Shown: positions 25,119 through 38,104 of the stretch, in pieces | Layout: each line of letters starts with the position of its first letter | How positions within the stretch are numbered: position 1 is the stretch's first letter | Source: Octopus vulgaris | Lineage: Eukaryota | NCBI GenBank assembly: GCA_951406725.2 | Contig: OX597821.1 | Coordinates: 31,620,001 to 31,684,000, forward strand | Length of the DNA stretch: 64,000 nucleotides | Direction of reading: 5' to 3' | The notes under the pieces: generated by a model | What the model was told of the DNA's origin: nothing | Databases searched by the model: none | Seen by the model: the letters and a program-made list of their open reading frames with translations, nothing else | Made by a program: the position numbers and the translations under genes

Positions 25119-25176
25119 ATAAAAATAGTGAGACAACAAAAGAAAGAAAGAGACCTCGATATTATGTGAATAGAAG

Positions 25177-25220
<44 letters not shown>

Positions 25221-26096
25221 AAAATGAGATGCACTGGAAGTTACTATACAAAATGGTTAGATATATGATTAAGCTCGGATCTCAAAAAACAGTGATCCGA
25301 CCAAACAGAGCAACAGAATGTTCACGAGTGATAAAAAAGAAATCACGAAAACGATGTATGTATTTTGAAGCTTTTCTTAACATATGGCTTAGACGTGAAA
25401 GCAGATGTCTACGAATAAATAAATACATAAGTATGCCTATGTTCATACACAATCGCGCACGTACATGCACGCGCACGCACACACTTGCCCACGCACATAC
25501 TCTTACATAGATGCATGTTTGTACGTACGTATGTACGTACGATGCATATATCGTTATCGCTACGTTGCAATCTTTATGATATTGTTCTTGTGCTACAGAA
25601 TTGAATTACGTTACGATTGTTTTGAAACACCATTAAAATAACATATTTCGTGTTTTGTGTGTGAAAGGCATTATGGTTTTACAGCTGCTCCAGACATAAC
25701 TGTTACCCTTCATTTTCTTTTCTATAACTTCAGTGCTCTAGATTGATATTAATATTTACTGATTTCAATGTAGGCAGTCAGAGGGCTGTGTCATTTGTCC
25801 AAACTGATACAAAGTGTATTAAATCTACTCCCACGTATCTCTTTGTTTCCAACACATATCAATACTACGTTTTTCTTTGTTTTACTCGGTGCATTTCTTC
25901 TCTTCGAACTACCTTTTACTTTGAAGCAAAGACATGACATTGAGATTCTCATACTCGCTTTATTCTTCTGTATATTACAAATTACTTGATGCTTTATTTA
26001 TACACACACGTGCGACCGCTAGGGCACGCAGATATGCATAATTGTAGATGTATATATGTGAGTGTGTGTGTGTGTGTACATGTGTATATATATATA

Positions 26097-26550
26097 ATCA
26101 AATAGGGTAATAAAATAAATTATTATTACCAGTGGCCTAGCACAAAAGACAAATTAGTCGTTAGACTATATATTTTTCGTATAGAAATATAATAAAAGGC
26201 TTCCGAATAAGGAAGCGTAGTGCTAGAAACCAGAAAAAGAGGGATAAATTCATGAAAGGAGTGAAAATTAAAAACATTTACCATCTCAGCTATATCCCAG
26301 ACCGATCGGTTTCTACCTATTTTTAGCAAACTCACAGAATATATTCGCCAGGCCAGGTTCTTCAGTGGGAAGCCTTCGTAATCCTAGACGCACAGGCTGT
26401 AGAACCTGGCCTGGCAAATATATTCTGTGTGTTTGCTAAAAATATGTAGAAACCGTTCGGTCTGGGATATAGCTGAGATGGTAAATGTTTTTAATCTTCA
26501 TTCCTTTCATGAATTTATCCCTTTTTGTGATTATAGCACTACGCTTCCTT
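26097..26550 (-). mobile_element. Hammerhead element with inverted 5' segment
   Basis: 26209-26365 is inverted at 26397-26550. Left end adjoins a TG/TA microsatellite with the motif agggt..accagtgg. Confidence 0.82.
26295..26370 (-). ncRNA. Type I hammerhead ribozyme, canonical core
   Basis: Minus strand: TCCCA-CTGAAGA-acct..aggta-GAAA-CCGATCGG-TC-TGGGA. Five-bp helix I, 8-nt palindromic helix III, GUC triplet. Confidence 0.88.
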
Positions 26551-26659
26551 AGTACTTCGCCTAGTACTTATTCTATCAATACCTTTGCCGAACCGCTACG
26601 TAGCATTAACATAAACGCACCAGCATCTGCTGAGGTGGTGGGGAAACAAAACACACACT

Positions 26660-26738
<79 letters not shown>

Positions 26739-26870
26739 CGAGCTTCTTTCAGTTTCCGTCTACCAAATCTACTCACAGATCTTAGGTCGGCTTGAGGTTA
26801 TATTTGATGACACTTGCCCAAAGTAGTATATAAAGGAACTGAACCCAAGCCTCTCACCACACAGTCACAC
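26551..26870 (-). mobile_element. SINE family A, partial
   Basis: ctagtacttattctatc..gccgaaccgcta..cttctttcagtttccgtctaccaaatc matches family A. Confidence 0.8.
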
Positions 26871-26874
26871 AGAT

Positions 26875-27075
26875 ACAAAGCCAGTAATTTCGTGGGTGGC
26901 CGTAAATGCCTTACATGAACGCCAGTGCTCAACTGTTACCTATTTCATCGACCACGAAGTGGGATGAAAGGCATAGTCTGCTTCGCTGGAATTTGAACTT
27001 AGAACGTTAAGATGAAAAAATCCCGCTAAGCATTTTCCATCCCCACCCCCCGGTGCTCACTATTCCTCCAGCTCA
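26875..27075 (-). mobile_element. SINE family B
   Basis: cagtgctcaactg..atcgac..gatgaaaggca..ggaatttgaactt..ccagctc. Other copies at 33765-33962(-), 39138-39330(+), 54380-54500(-) and 63185-63385(-). Confidence 0.78.
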
Positions 27076-27155
27076 CCCCCTCAAAATATGTTAAATATTG
27101 ACACAACTTTCAGAATTATTTCAATCAAAGTGTAGGGGCTCCTCTCCGTAATGTA

Positions 27156-28418
27156 TTGGGTTGGCAACTAAGTTCACGCTGTTTTTTTATATTTCGGAAT
27201 TTATTGCGTTTTTAAATTTTGGAATCTATTTTTTTCGAGAATTCTATTTTTGAATCATTTTGGAATTTATTTTGTTTTGTTTCTAGTTAATTTTAGTTAT
27301 TTTTTGTTTATTTCCTGATCATTAAAATGGAATGCCTAGTTAAGAAAAATGAGCATTTTCGACATCTCTTTCCTTTTGCTTTCAATTAAGGTTTGAAGGC
27401 CGCAAAAGTAGCTCGCGATGTCTGTGCTGTGTATGGAGAGGAGCCATAGATGTAACAATCGCTCGTGATTGGTATACCAAGTTCCAAAATGAAAATTTTG
27501 GCCTCAAAGTCTCACCTCTTTCTGACTGTTCACTTCAGTTCGAGGAAAAGCGATTAAACCAACTTTTGCACGAGAATTCTCGCCAAAGGAGAAGGGAACT
27601 GGCAAAAAAAAAATGGAATGCTCCCACACTGCTATACAGGAGCATCTTCACTCGATGGGAAAGCTTTAGTAGTATGGAGCATGTGTTCCGCATGCTTTAC
27701 GCGATAACAATAAAAACCAACGACCCACAATCTCAGCTGGTTTGCTTGCTCGCCATCGCTCAATTCATGGACACAAGCAACGATATTTTTTACTGAATCG
27801 TTACTGGCGACGATAAATGGTGCCTGTACATCAATATGAAGCAGCGTAAGGAATGGCTTCGCTCCAGTAAACTAGCGACACCGTGCATGAAACAAGATCT
27901 TCATTTGCGTAAATGTATCTTGTGCGTATGGTGGGATTGGGAAGGTATTATCTATTACGAATTGCTTGAACGGAACCAAACGATCAACGCGGAACTCTAT
28001 GTTCAACAGATGGAAAGATTCAACGCGGCTATTCAAGAAAAAAGACCTAATAATTAGCGTGGTGTTCGCCAATATGACCAAGGAACCATTTAAACGCATG
28101 GCCGGGAAGTAATGCCACACCTACAGTACTCTTCTGATTTGGCACCAATGGATTTCCACTTCTTTCGATCTCTTTCAAATGTTATGGGCGGAGTTTCGGT
28201 CAACACTGATGCAGAATTGAGACCTTGGTTGGATAAATTTTTGGTGTGGAAATCGTGTGATTTCTACCAACGAAGTATTGAAAATCTTGTTGAACGTTGG
28301 GAAGAAGTTGTCAACAACAAGGGTGAATATATTAGTGATTAATTGGTTGTTATTTTTTATTAAGCCATTTACAAAATTTTAATTTTAAAAAACCACGGGA
28401 ATTTAGTTCCCAACCCAA
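27156..28418 (+). mobile_element. Near full-length decayed mariner transposon
   Basis: TA-flanked TIRs ttgggttggcaactaagttc / gaatttagttcccaacccaa. Pseudogenised transposase 27327-28342 with IVTGDDKW, LCVWWDWEGIIYYELL and HLQYSSDLAPMDFHFFRSL. Confidence 0.95.
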
Positions 28419-28545
28419 TATAAAAAAACTAATAGTAATGTACTATTACAATAACCCCCAACGATTACACATTTGTTCAAGGTATTATCTAGAACGTCAT
28501 ATGAATTAAACAACGGTTCGTTACAAAATATACATATATTTTTAT

Positions 28546-28953
28546 AGGCGTAGGAGTGGCTGTGTGGTACGTAGCTTGCTTACGAACCACATGGTTCCGG
28601 GTTCAGTCCCACTGCGTGGCACCTTGGGTAAGTATCTTCTACTATAGCCTCGGGCCGACCAAAGCCTTGTGAGTGGATTTGTTAGAAGGAAGCTGAAATA
28701 ATCCCGTCGTATGTATGTATATATATATGTGTGTGTGTGTGTGTTTGTGTGCTTGTGTGTCTGTGTTTGTCCCTCCAACATCGCTTGACAACTGATGCTA
28801 GTGTGTTTACGTCCCCGTAACTTAGCGGTTCGGCAAAAGAGTCCGATAGAATAAGTACTAGGCTTACAAAGAATAAGTCCTGGGGTCGACTTGCTTGACT
28901 AAAAGGTGGTGCTCCTGCATGGCCACAGTCACATGACTGAAATATGTAAAAGA
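28546..28953 (+). mobile_element. Full-length SINE family A
   Basis: A box TGGCTGTGTGG, B box GGTTCAGTCCC, internal (TA)/(TG) tract and 3' tail. Confidence 0.93.
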
Positions 28954-30204
28954 ATATTGAGGAATAAATTTAAGCCTAAATTGCATTTTCAGTTATAGAA
29001 TCCAATACATTCGCACTGAATGTTCGATATAATATTCCGTACATGAACAACGCCTCTGCTCTACGAGGAAAAATTCTGTTTCATGGTTACTTTATATAAC
29101 ATGCGAGTTTCTTATCGTCTTATGTAAAAATGTCAGAATTATTTTATAGATTACCAACAGACAAGTGAGGGTACATGGAGCAAAAATTTGTTTTCAGTCC
29201 TGTCATGAGCAAAAGTATCTTTTAAACACATCTGCTGTATTAAAAAATACATATGCTTCTGCCATATGCAATTGCCGCTAGCAGAGCTAAATTCAGCAGG
29301 TTGTCATACGAGGAATGTATTTTTAAACAACAATGTACGAAATACAGTTGTGTCCAAAGTGTCATATATCTACGGTATAGAATCTGTTTTTCTTTCTGTA
29401 TCTCTGTACCTTTAGAGGAAGTGAGAGTGGTATTTCACAGAAACGTAGTGAAAACATATCTACATACACCGATATTTTTTCTATGAATGTGCCATCCTTC
29501 ACTTCATTGGCTTCCTGTTTTCAAAAGAATGTGTGTTGTGCATTGGTGTTTTTCACTTTCCAACATTGTTCGTGATAGTAATGCATTTTAATATTACTAT
29601 CTGTGGAATCTTGTATCATTTGATGTGTTCTCCTATGCAAAAGAAAGTATATTTTCAACATAATCCCACTTCACTCATAAACATATTGAATATACACAAA
29701 GCAGTCAATAATACGATAAAATTCATATCATATCTAGGTTTCTCAATTGACATTTCGTTTTCCTTTGCCTAAATCATATCCATTTCGATAGTGACCTTTT
29801 GAGACACATTTATCTAACCTGGTGCAAGGTATGATGACATTCACATTTCTTAACGGTAAATGACAAACAATGTTCTCCTGAATGCAATTTACATATCGTA
29901 AGCATTTCGTTCTTGATACATAGAATATATTTATCAGTAAATCTCCTTAGAAGAATGCATTCCTTTTTTGTACAGATGTGCCAAGTTACACAAATACACA
30001 GACACATACACAAACGCACACCCAAACAAACACACACACACACACGCACAAATACACACAAGCACTACTACACAAACACAATCACATACACTTGCACACA
30101 TATCCACTCACACACACATGTGTATACATATGCACACGCGTATTTAATCAGGTTTGTTAGATGTGCATCTCTGGATTTAAACGTTAATGTTACTTATTCT
30201 CTAT

Positions 30205-30552
30205 CCGCACATATATCGTCGTGGTGGCACACCCTCGATTTCAACCACGAGGGTTTCAGTTGATCCGCTCAACGGAACAGCTACTCGTTAAATTAATGTG
30301 CAAGTGGCTGAGCATACCACAGAACCGTGTATCCTTAAGATAGTTCTCCGGGAGATTCTGGCATGACACAGAATGAGACTAGGCTGGCCCTAAAAGAAGG
30401 AACAAAGAGAGAGAGAAAGTTGTGGTGAATGAGTACAGCAGAGTTCACCATGGAGCGTCGTGGAGTTTTAGGTATTTTCGCTCAGGGAATAGAAACCGCG
30501 GTCCTATGACCGCGAGCCCACTACACGTACCACTGGACCATTGCGCCTCCAC
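30205..30552 (-). mobile_element. tRNA-derived SINE
   Basis: Minus-strand head GTGGAGGCGCAATGGTCCAGTGG..GGTTTCTATTCCC resembles the head at 37819. Confidence 0.65.
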
Positions 30553-30746
30553 GCACAGATACATACAAAGATAAAGAAATACATTAGAATACACACATAC
30601 ATGTGTACATATAGGGGCGTAGTCTCTAACCGTGAAAGGACACTTCTAGCGTGTTTCCCAAACGTTAAACTAACACGTTTGATATTCTTTCACCTCGTGC
30701 TGCGACTTTTGACGCACGCACAAACACACACACACACATATATAAT

Positions 30747-31157
<411 letters not shown>

Positions 31158-31597
31158 TAATAATTATATATATTTATATATAATTAAGAAGGCAAGGATC
31201 GATTGGAAACCAAAAAGGAAAAACAATTCTAAAATTAACAAAGAGTGACGGAAGATCTAGTATAGCTAGAAATACGAATCAAATTCACTTTAGCCATAGA
31301 CGTACATGCTCTATTTACTGACAGGGGACATAACCTCCTCACCTCAGGCGAGTAGCGTTAGAGTGTCGTGCCAATTTCCTATGGAAATTAATGCTCATTA
31401 TTAATGCTTACATCATTGCGGGTGGTGAAGTGAAATTTATCTTGTCATTACATATAGAATTGATCAGAAGAATCAGCGGGTGATTCTGTAAAATGGTAAT
31501 GAGAAAATTACAAAATAATTAGTGGCTAGAGGCAATACACATTCTCGTGAGGGCGAATTATTTCCTTTTTGGATTCGAATTGCCTCCTCAGCCCTTA

Positions 31598-31650
<53 letters not shown>

Positions 31651-31792
31651 ATGATTATAAGCATAATTACAATTAAGGTTCAGCAAAAATTGCTTCAACA
31701 CATACCGAAATTTAGAAATAGCAGTTATATACTATTCCACTACCATAAGATATATCCCAGACAGAAATACTCTCAACTCACACACACACACA

Positions 31793-31826
<34 letters not shown>

Positions 31827-31924
31827 AATATACATATGCATAAGTATATGTATACACATGTATATAGATATATATATATGTGTGTGTGTGTGTATTATGT
31901 ATGTATGTACGTCTGTATATAGCT

Positions 31925-32095
31925 ACTAAACCTTTTATTTTCTCTCTGAATATTCCTGCGTTCCTTTCTGTTGAAGAGCGAAGCTGGAAACGTAAAAGAC
32001 TTTCATATTTCTCGAGCGTTAAACTAATACACCTCTTTGTTGTTTACACACCCGTCTTCACATTTTCTTTAGTTTCGATGTATTTTTGTAAATTG
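31925..32095 (+). mobile_element. Short hammerhead-like element, family C
   Basis: 31964-31998: CTTT-CTGTTGA-a-GAGC-gaa-GCTG-GAAA-CG-TA-AAAG. Confidence 0.65.
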
Positions 32096-32115
32096 CAACT
32101 CCATATACATGTATG

Positions 32116-32179
<64 letters not shown>

Positions 32180-32197
32180 GCATGAATATAAGACACT

Positions 32198-32242
<45 letters not shown>

Positions 32243-35200
32243 TTATATGTGTTTGCGTGAATGTGTGTGTATATATGTATGTACACACCTACTCGTGCTT
32301 ATGCCTCAGTGTGTTTGTGTATCTGCGTATCAGTGGTATTAGTTGTAGAACGACAACCAATACACCATAGAATTTAGATACGAATGTGTACTCTTCCTAC
32401 AATGCATAATCAGTTTCTTACACTCCATTACATTCCCATTTTATTTTGTCTAATTTCGCTTGAAAAATAATTTAAACAATTTACATTAGTCATCTAACAC
32501 TTATGCTAAAATATGTATTCCCATAAAGATTTCTATTCTTGTTGTTGTCTAATATATTTGTATTAGAAATATTTCCTTGAGCATTTTCACATGCAAACAC
32601 ATTCCAGGTATATGAGTATCATACTTAATGTTCGAACACGCTCCGACTATTAAATCACAATCCAGCTGATACGTATACGTCTATTACCACATTACATATT
32701 AGCCGTTGGATGAATAGGTATTAAATAAATATTTTATGCACTAATAGCCCGTAATAAATCGCCTATAAATATATATTATTAGTCTACAGTTTATAACTTC
32801 TTGTAAAATGTCTTTGAACATATTTCTTAACTAGAATAATTATTGTCAACAGATTATGAAACTTTTAACAGCTAACACAAAAGAGAGTATTATGTATAAC
32901 TAAGAGGTAATTTTCTTCTTTAATATGGAATTTTATTTTCTTTCAGTATTCTTCATGTTAGTAAAATTTATAATATATTTAATTTGCGACATTCTAACAG
33001 AAATATTTCCATATAATTTTGTTCAAATTATTAGTGCCATTTAAAGCGCGTATATTATATATAGTTTAGAGATTAACTGAGTGTCTATGTGTGTTCTGCA
33101 AATGAAATGCTAAGTATCTGCAAATCACATTTGTAAAGGTTAATTACAATTAGAGTTATGTGTGAAACCATTAAAGAACAGATGTGTTTTCCACATACAT
33201 ATTTTACACTCCGAAATAATATAGCCATTATGTAATGTAAGTCCGTAATCTTTGACTTCGTTTAAAGCAAATTCTATTTAACTTCTACATAAGGAAATTT
33301 AGTTGTTGTAGCCGCAATACGCAGATATAATTAATTACTGTTGTGCTATTCGCTCCCATACATATTTCAAAAGTAATGCTTGGTTATTCTTTAATACATA
33401 TTTGGATTCATGGTTTAAAATCATTTCATTTTGAAGTATAACTGTATATGTATTTGTTTCGCTTAAGCAAGTGGATGTTTTTGCATGGTAGTACTCAATT
33501 TAAAATAAGTGATAGATCTTAAAATATAAACTTAATTAAATTAGTATTATTGCATGGAACTTCACTATTGCGATAGGAATTATTGAATGGGATTCCAGTC
33601 TTCCGAGAGAAATTATGAATTATTGTATATTTTGTACCAAAATTAAAGGTAATAAATCCTTACATTTCGGCAAATTTTGATTAATTAATCCAATATCTGT
33701 ACCAGTAATAACGATGGATTCAATAGACTAGAGTTTCCTGTTATATTCATAGTCCTTTCTATTGTAGGCACAAGGCCCGAAGTTTCGAGGGGAGAGTACT
33801 AGTTGATTAGATCGACCACAGAATTTCATTGGTGCTTGATTTATCGACCCTGAACGGGTGTAAGGCAAAGTCGACCTCGGCGGAAAATGTTACTCAGAAC
33901 GGAGTGACAGGCAAAATACGGCTAAGTATTTCGTTCTGTGTGCAAACGATGCTGCCAGCTAACTGTTTTTCCCCTTAAGTTCATAATAAATACCAACCTT
34001 AACTTCAACCGAACATTTAGTCCTTGTTTTTCTAATACATGCATTTGTATTAGTTCTCATTTTTACCTCATTAAAATTATTTCGTATTTATGGAATGCAT
34101 TTGAAATTTTCCCAATTTTTTTGTCTTGGGAAGGTCATTACGCCAATAATATTAAACATACACACTGGTTCGGTATCACTTCTTTATTGCTAGTCAGTTA
34201 TTTAAGTATCCAATCAACTATCTAATCGTTCATTTGTTTAATATACTCGTTAAACAATGAATCGGTTCTTTGTTTGGGCAAGGCCTTTCCTGGCTATATT
34301 TCCAACTCATCATGAGTATATCAGAATTAGTATTATATTAATATGTTTTGTCGATGTGTAACTGCTGACAAGAGAAGTGGAAACTGAGAGTAAACGAAGT
34401 GTATGTGTGTGTATGGGTGTATGAGCACGTACGCATGCACTCCAGCGTGTACATTCCCGTGACTGACTATATGTGTGTATGTCTGTTGTCAGTGTGTACG
34501 TGTGTTGTGAGTGTGGACATCTCTTTAAAGTTTAGGCCTCTTATTCAAGGTCGGTTCTGTTTCTTGTCAGCTGTGATTTACTTGTTATCCTGTAAAGATT
34601 TATCTGTGTAGTTCCTTATGCAGTTAGGCAGGAATGGGTGCGTAAACAGTAGGAGTATGTGTGTGTGCGTGTGCAACCGAGAGTGTGTGATCTAATGTGC
34701 GTGTCTTTGAAGTTGATTCGGTTTTTTGAGTGTGCGCATACGTTAATATGTATGTGAGTTACTGAGTGCATATTTGTGCATGTTTGAACATTCCATTATC
34801 TCGATGTGTGCACCTGTTTAAGCGTGCCACATGCAGATTGATGCACACTATAGTGCTTCAATACCATAATGTGGATATGTAGTTGACATCATTATTCTAG
34901 TTTGGACAATTCCATTTAGTCATACAGCGAAAGACGTGAGGAGTACAGAAGTACGCATCCAGCGCATAGCTAACTCTGTCCATCAGAGTATGAAGGTAAA
35001 GATAGACTAATCCAATAAGCACCCTACAATAGACAATATGGCATCGATACAGAGCTAACAATTAAAATGTGATATGAAACCAGCGCGTACGTTTAATACC
35101 ATTGGCATAATGGCCCTCCCAAGATTAACCAAGTTTTGTTTCAACGAATTCCTGTCAAGTGTCTCGCAGTCCAAATACAATAACGAAGTCTGATATGGTC

Positions 35201-36227
35201 GTTCTGATTTTATTCAGTCGCTTTCGCGTAATAAGTCTCATTTTGTCATAACCGACAGCAAGTCATGTAAACAAAAGTACCATGTTTATCGTGGAATATA
35301 GTCTGGCATTCCACTAAAGAGATGAAGACAGATTAGTATTGAAGACAATTAGAAAATAAGTTATCTCAAAATAACGTCCCCAATTTCTTTCCGATTCATT
35401 TCTCTCCATATTTGTTTGTCTTCGAGTACCCTGAAGAATTACCTCGTCAACTACATTCTCAGACTTTTCACATTGACACTTTTTCCCTCAAGGAACTACG
35501 TCAGCTCTTTAACTAAAACAATGTGAACGCAAACATTTTGGTAATGCTAAGGATTGCAGTTAATTATAGTACAAAATGTGATATCAAATTAGATAAAGTT
35601 TATTAAAATATGTATTTTGTAATGTTAAATTAGCACAAAATGTTAAAATACAGTCATCAGAACAGGAATTCAGATGTGCAATAATATTTGTTTAACAAAT
35701 TTGTGATTGAAGTTATTATAGAATGTTGATAAATTTCAAACAGAATTTTTTATAACCATTTTCCAGTGGGAAAAGAAAAGGCTATAATTTATAGAAGAGA
35801 AAATAACGGAAGAAGAACTGGATAATTATTGATATTTTTGATATTTTGGGAGGCATTTCTTGAAAAGAGGTTACATGAGGCTTTTTAAGTAAAGATAGCC
35901 ATAGGCTACACAACTACGAATGGCGATGCCTTGGGATTGAAAATGAAATTCTTTTAATTCTTCTGGCTTTTGAAGTACGCAGCAAGTTCAAAAATAACTG
36001 ACTACATTCATTTTTAGTCGATTTCACTGGAATGTTTGCCATCTAACTAGAAATCTCGTACATCACCCTACCACGTTCATTCCCTATGTTATTTTTAGCA
36101 CTTACTGGACATTGTTATCTGTGTTCCGCCTTCAGTCGCCTTTTCTGCATTTCTTCATATATATATACATATATATGTATCAATGCATGTGTGCATGTAA
36201 GTACATATGTATTTATTTATATATACA

Positions 36228-36276
<49 letters not shown>

Positions 36277-36435
36277 GCATACATACATATACACACACAC
36301 ACAAGTATATACAAGTAGAAATACAATATGCTTGATGAAGTAGTAGAGATTTTAATGCAACTTATTCTTAGTAGGATAATAGTACTGCTGAAGGTAATTC
36401 TATGCTGCCTATGCCCACTCGAATATTTGTACTAA

Positions 36436-36503
<68 letters not shown>

Positions 36504-37818
36504 GTATATATATAATATATATGTATATATATACATATATATATATACGCATATATATATATATATTTGTGTGTGTGTGCATGTGTGTATGTGTTTGTGT
36601 GTTTTTGCGTATGTGTATAACACGATGTACCTGTAAACAAAGTATTACAATAAAATCACAATTCCAGCGATCCGGGATTTGCATCTGCTTAGGAAGCTGA
36701 AAATATCCCGAAGAGGCTACAATCACATCTTCCTGAACTTACTGCAAAATTGCTTTTCAATATAAGAAAAATACCTTCAAAGCAAACGATATGCTGTCGA
36801 TGATACAGATTCTGGTACATGACTCTTATCTTATTTAAGAGACACAGCAATCGTGAAAATAACCCCGAAAATACAGTTATCGGATTATAATTGCATAAAA
36901 CTTCAGGTTATCTTGTTGCTGGGGTCAATGAAACTGATGTATATTTAATATACAATATATAAGAAAGAAACAATACGTATGTTATATTCGACTGAACGAT
37001 CTAACCTTATGAACGAACATGTTGCAGTGTAGTTCATATGTTCACTTATCTAGATATCTTGAGTTCGATACTATTTTGTAGTATCGACATTTGTATCACA
37101 GCTACGTGTTAACTAAAGCCTTGCGATTAAAATTAAGTTATAAGTCTTTATGAAAACACTTGGCTTAGACTGCATCTTCTCGTATGTGCTATATTTATTC
37201 ATCTTCCGGTTAAGCATCACCAGCTGAAGCTTGGATGTTTTTAGCTGAGTTTTGTATAAGGATACCAGTAATATGATGCACAGAGATGCACCGAGAGACA
37301 TATCGCGTGTCCCTTCCATTTATAAATCCGTCTATATTTAAAAATTTACTTCATGCATACACCGTGGTAAGGAAAATTTTTATTGATTTCATAGAACCCT
37401 GTTTCTAGCTATTTATTTACTTTCAAAAAGCCTATAAAACATTAAAGTGTGCTTTCATATTTCTCAAATATCCGTGTCGTTGTAATTCATACTATAATTA
37501 ATCTTAGAAATATTGAAGTTATTGCAGTTCTAAGAAATATGGGGATTACAATGTTTCGTTTCGTGAAAATTAATGATGTTTGAGACAATACTAATGGTGA
37601 TGGATGAGCCATGTGCATCCCTATCAATACATTTGTTAGTGAAAGTTTTAAGAAACAAACGAGGAAGATACTGACCTCGTTAAATGATAAAATATATAAA
37701 GAAACTGATCACAACTGAGAAGTGACTATAAGAATTGTAAACACAAACCACACAACGATACGTAAATTCATGAGTAACTTTTAGATGAAAGTACGACGTG
37801 TTTTATTAAATACTCAGG

Positions 37819-38104
37819 TGGAGGCACATGGCCTAGTGGTTAGAGCAGCGGACTCGCGGGTTTGAATCTCAGACCGGACGATATGTGTGTTTATGATCGA
37901 AAAACCTAAGCTCCACGCGGCTCTGGCAGAAATTAATGGCGAAACTTCTGCTGACTCTTTTGCTACAACTTTCTCACGCTCTTTCCTCCTGCATCATGCG
38001 ATGGACCGGTACCCCGTTCGGGTGGGGAACCTATACGCCAATAAATCGGGAAACCGGCCCTTATGAGCCAGGCATGGCTCGAGAAGGAACAAACAAACAA
38101 CAAA
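37819..38104 (+). mobile_element. tRNA-derived SINE
   Basis: A box TGGCCTAGTGG, B-box-like GGTTTGAATCTC and (AAAC)n tail. Confidence 0.8.

Noticed and set aside
28546-28620. tRNA gene calls at A/B-box motifs
   Set aside because: They are SINE heads continuous with SINE bodies and form no proper cloverleaf.
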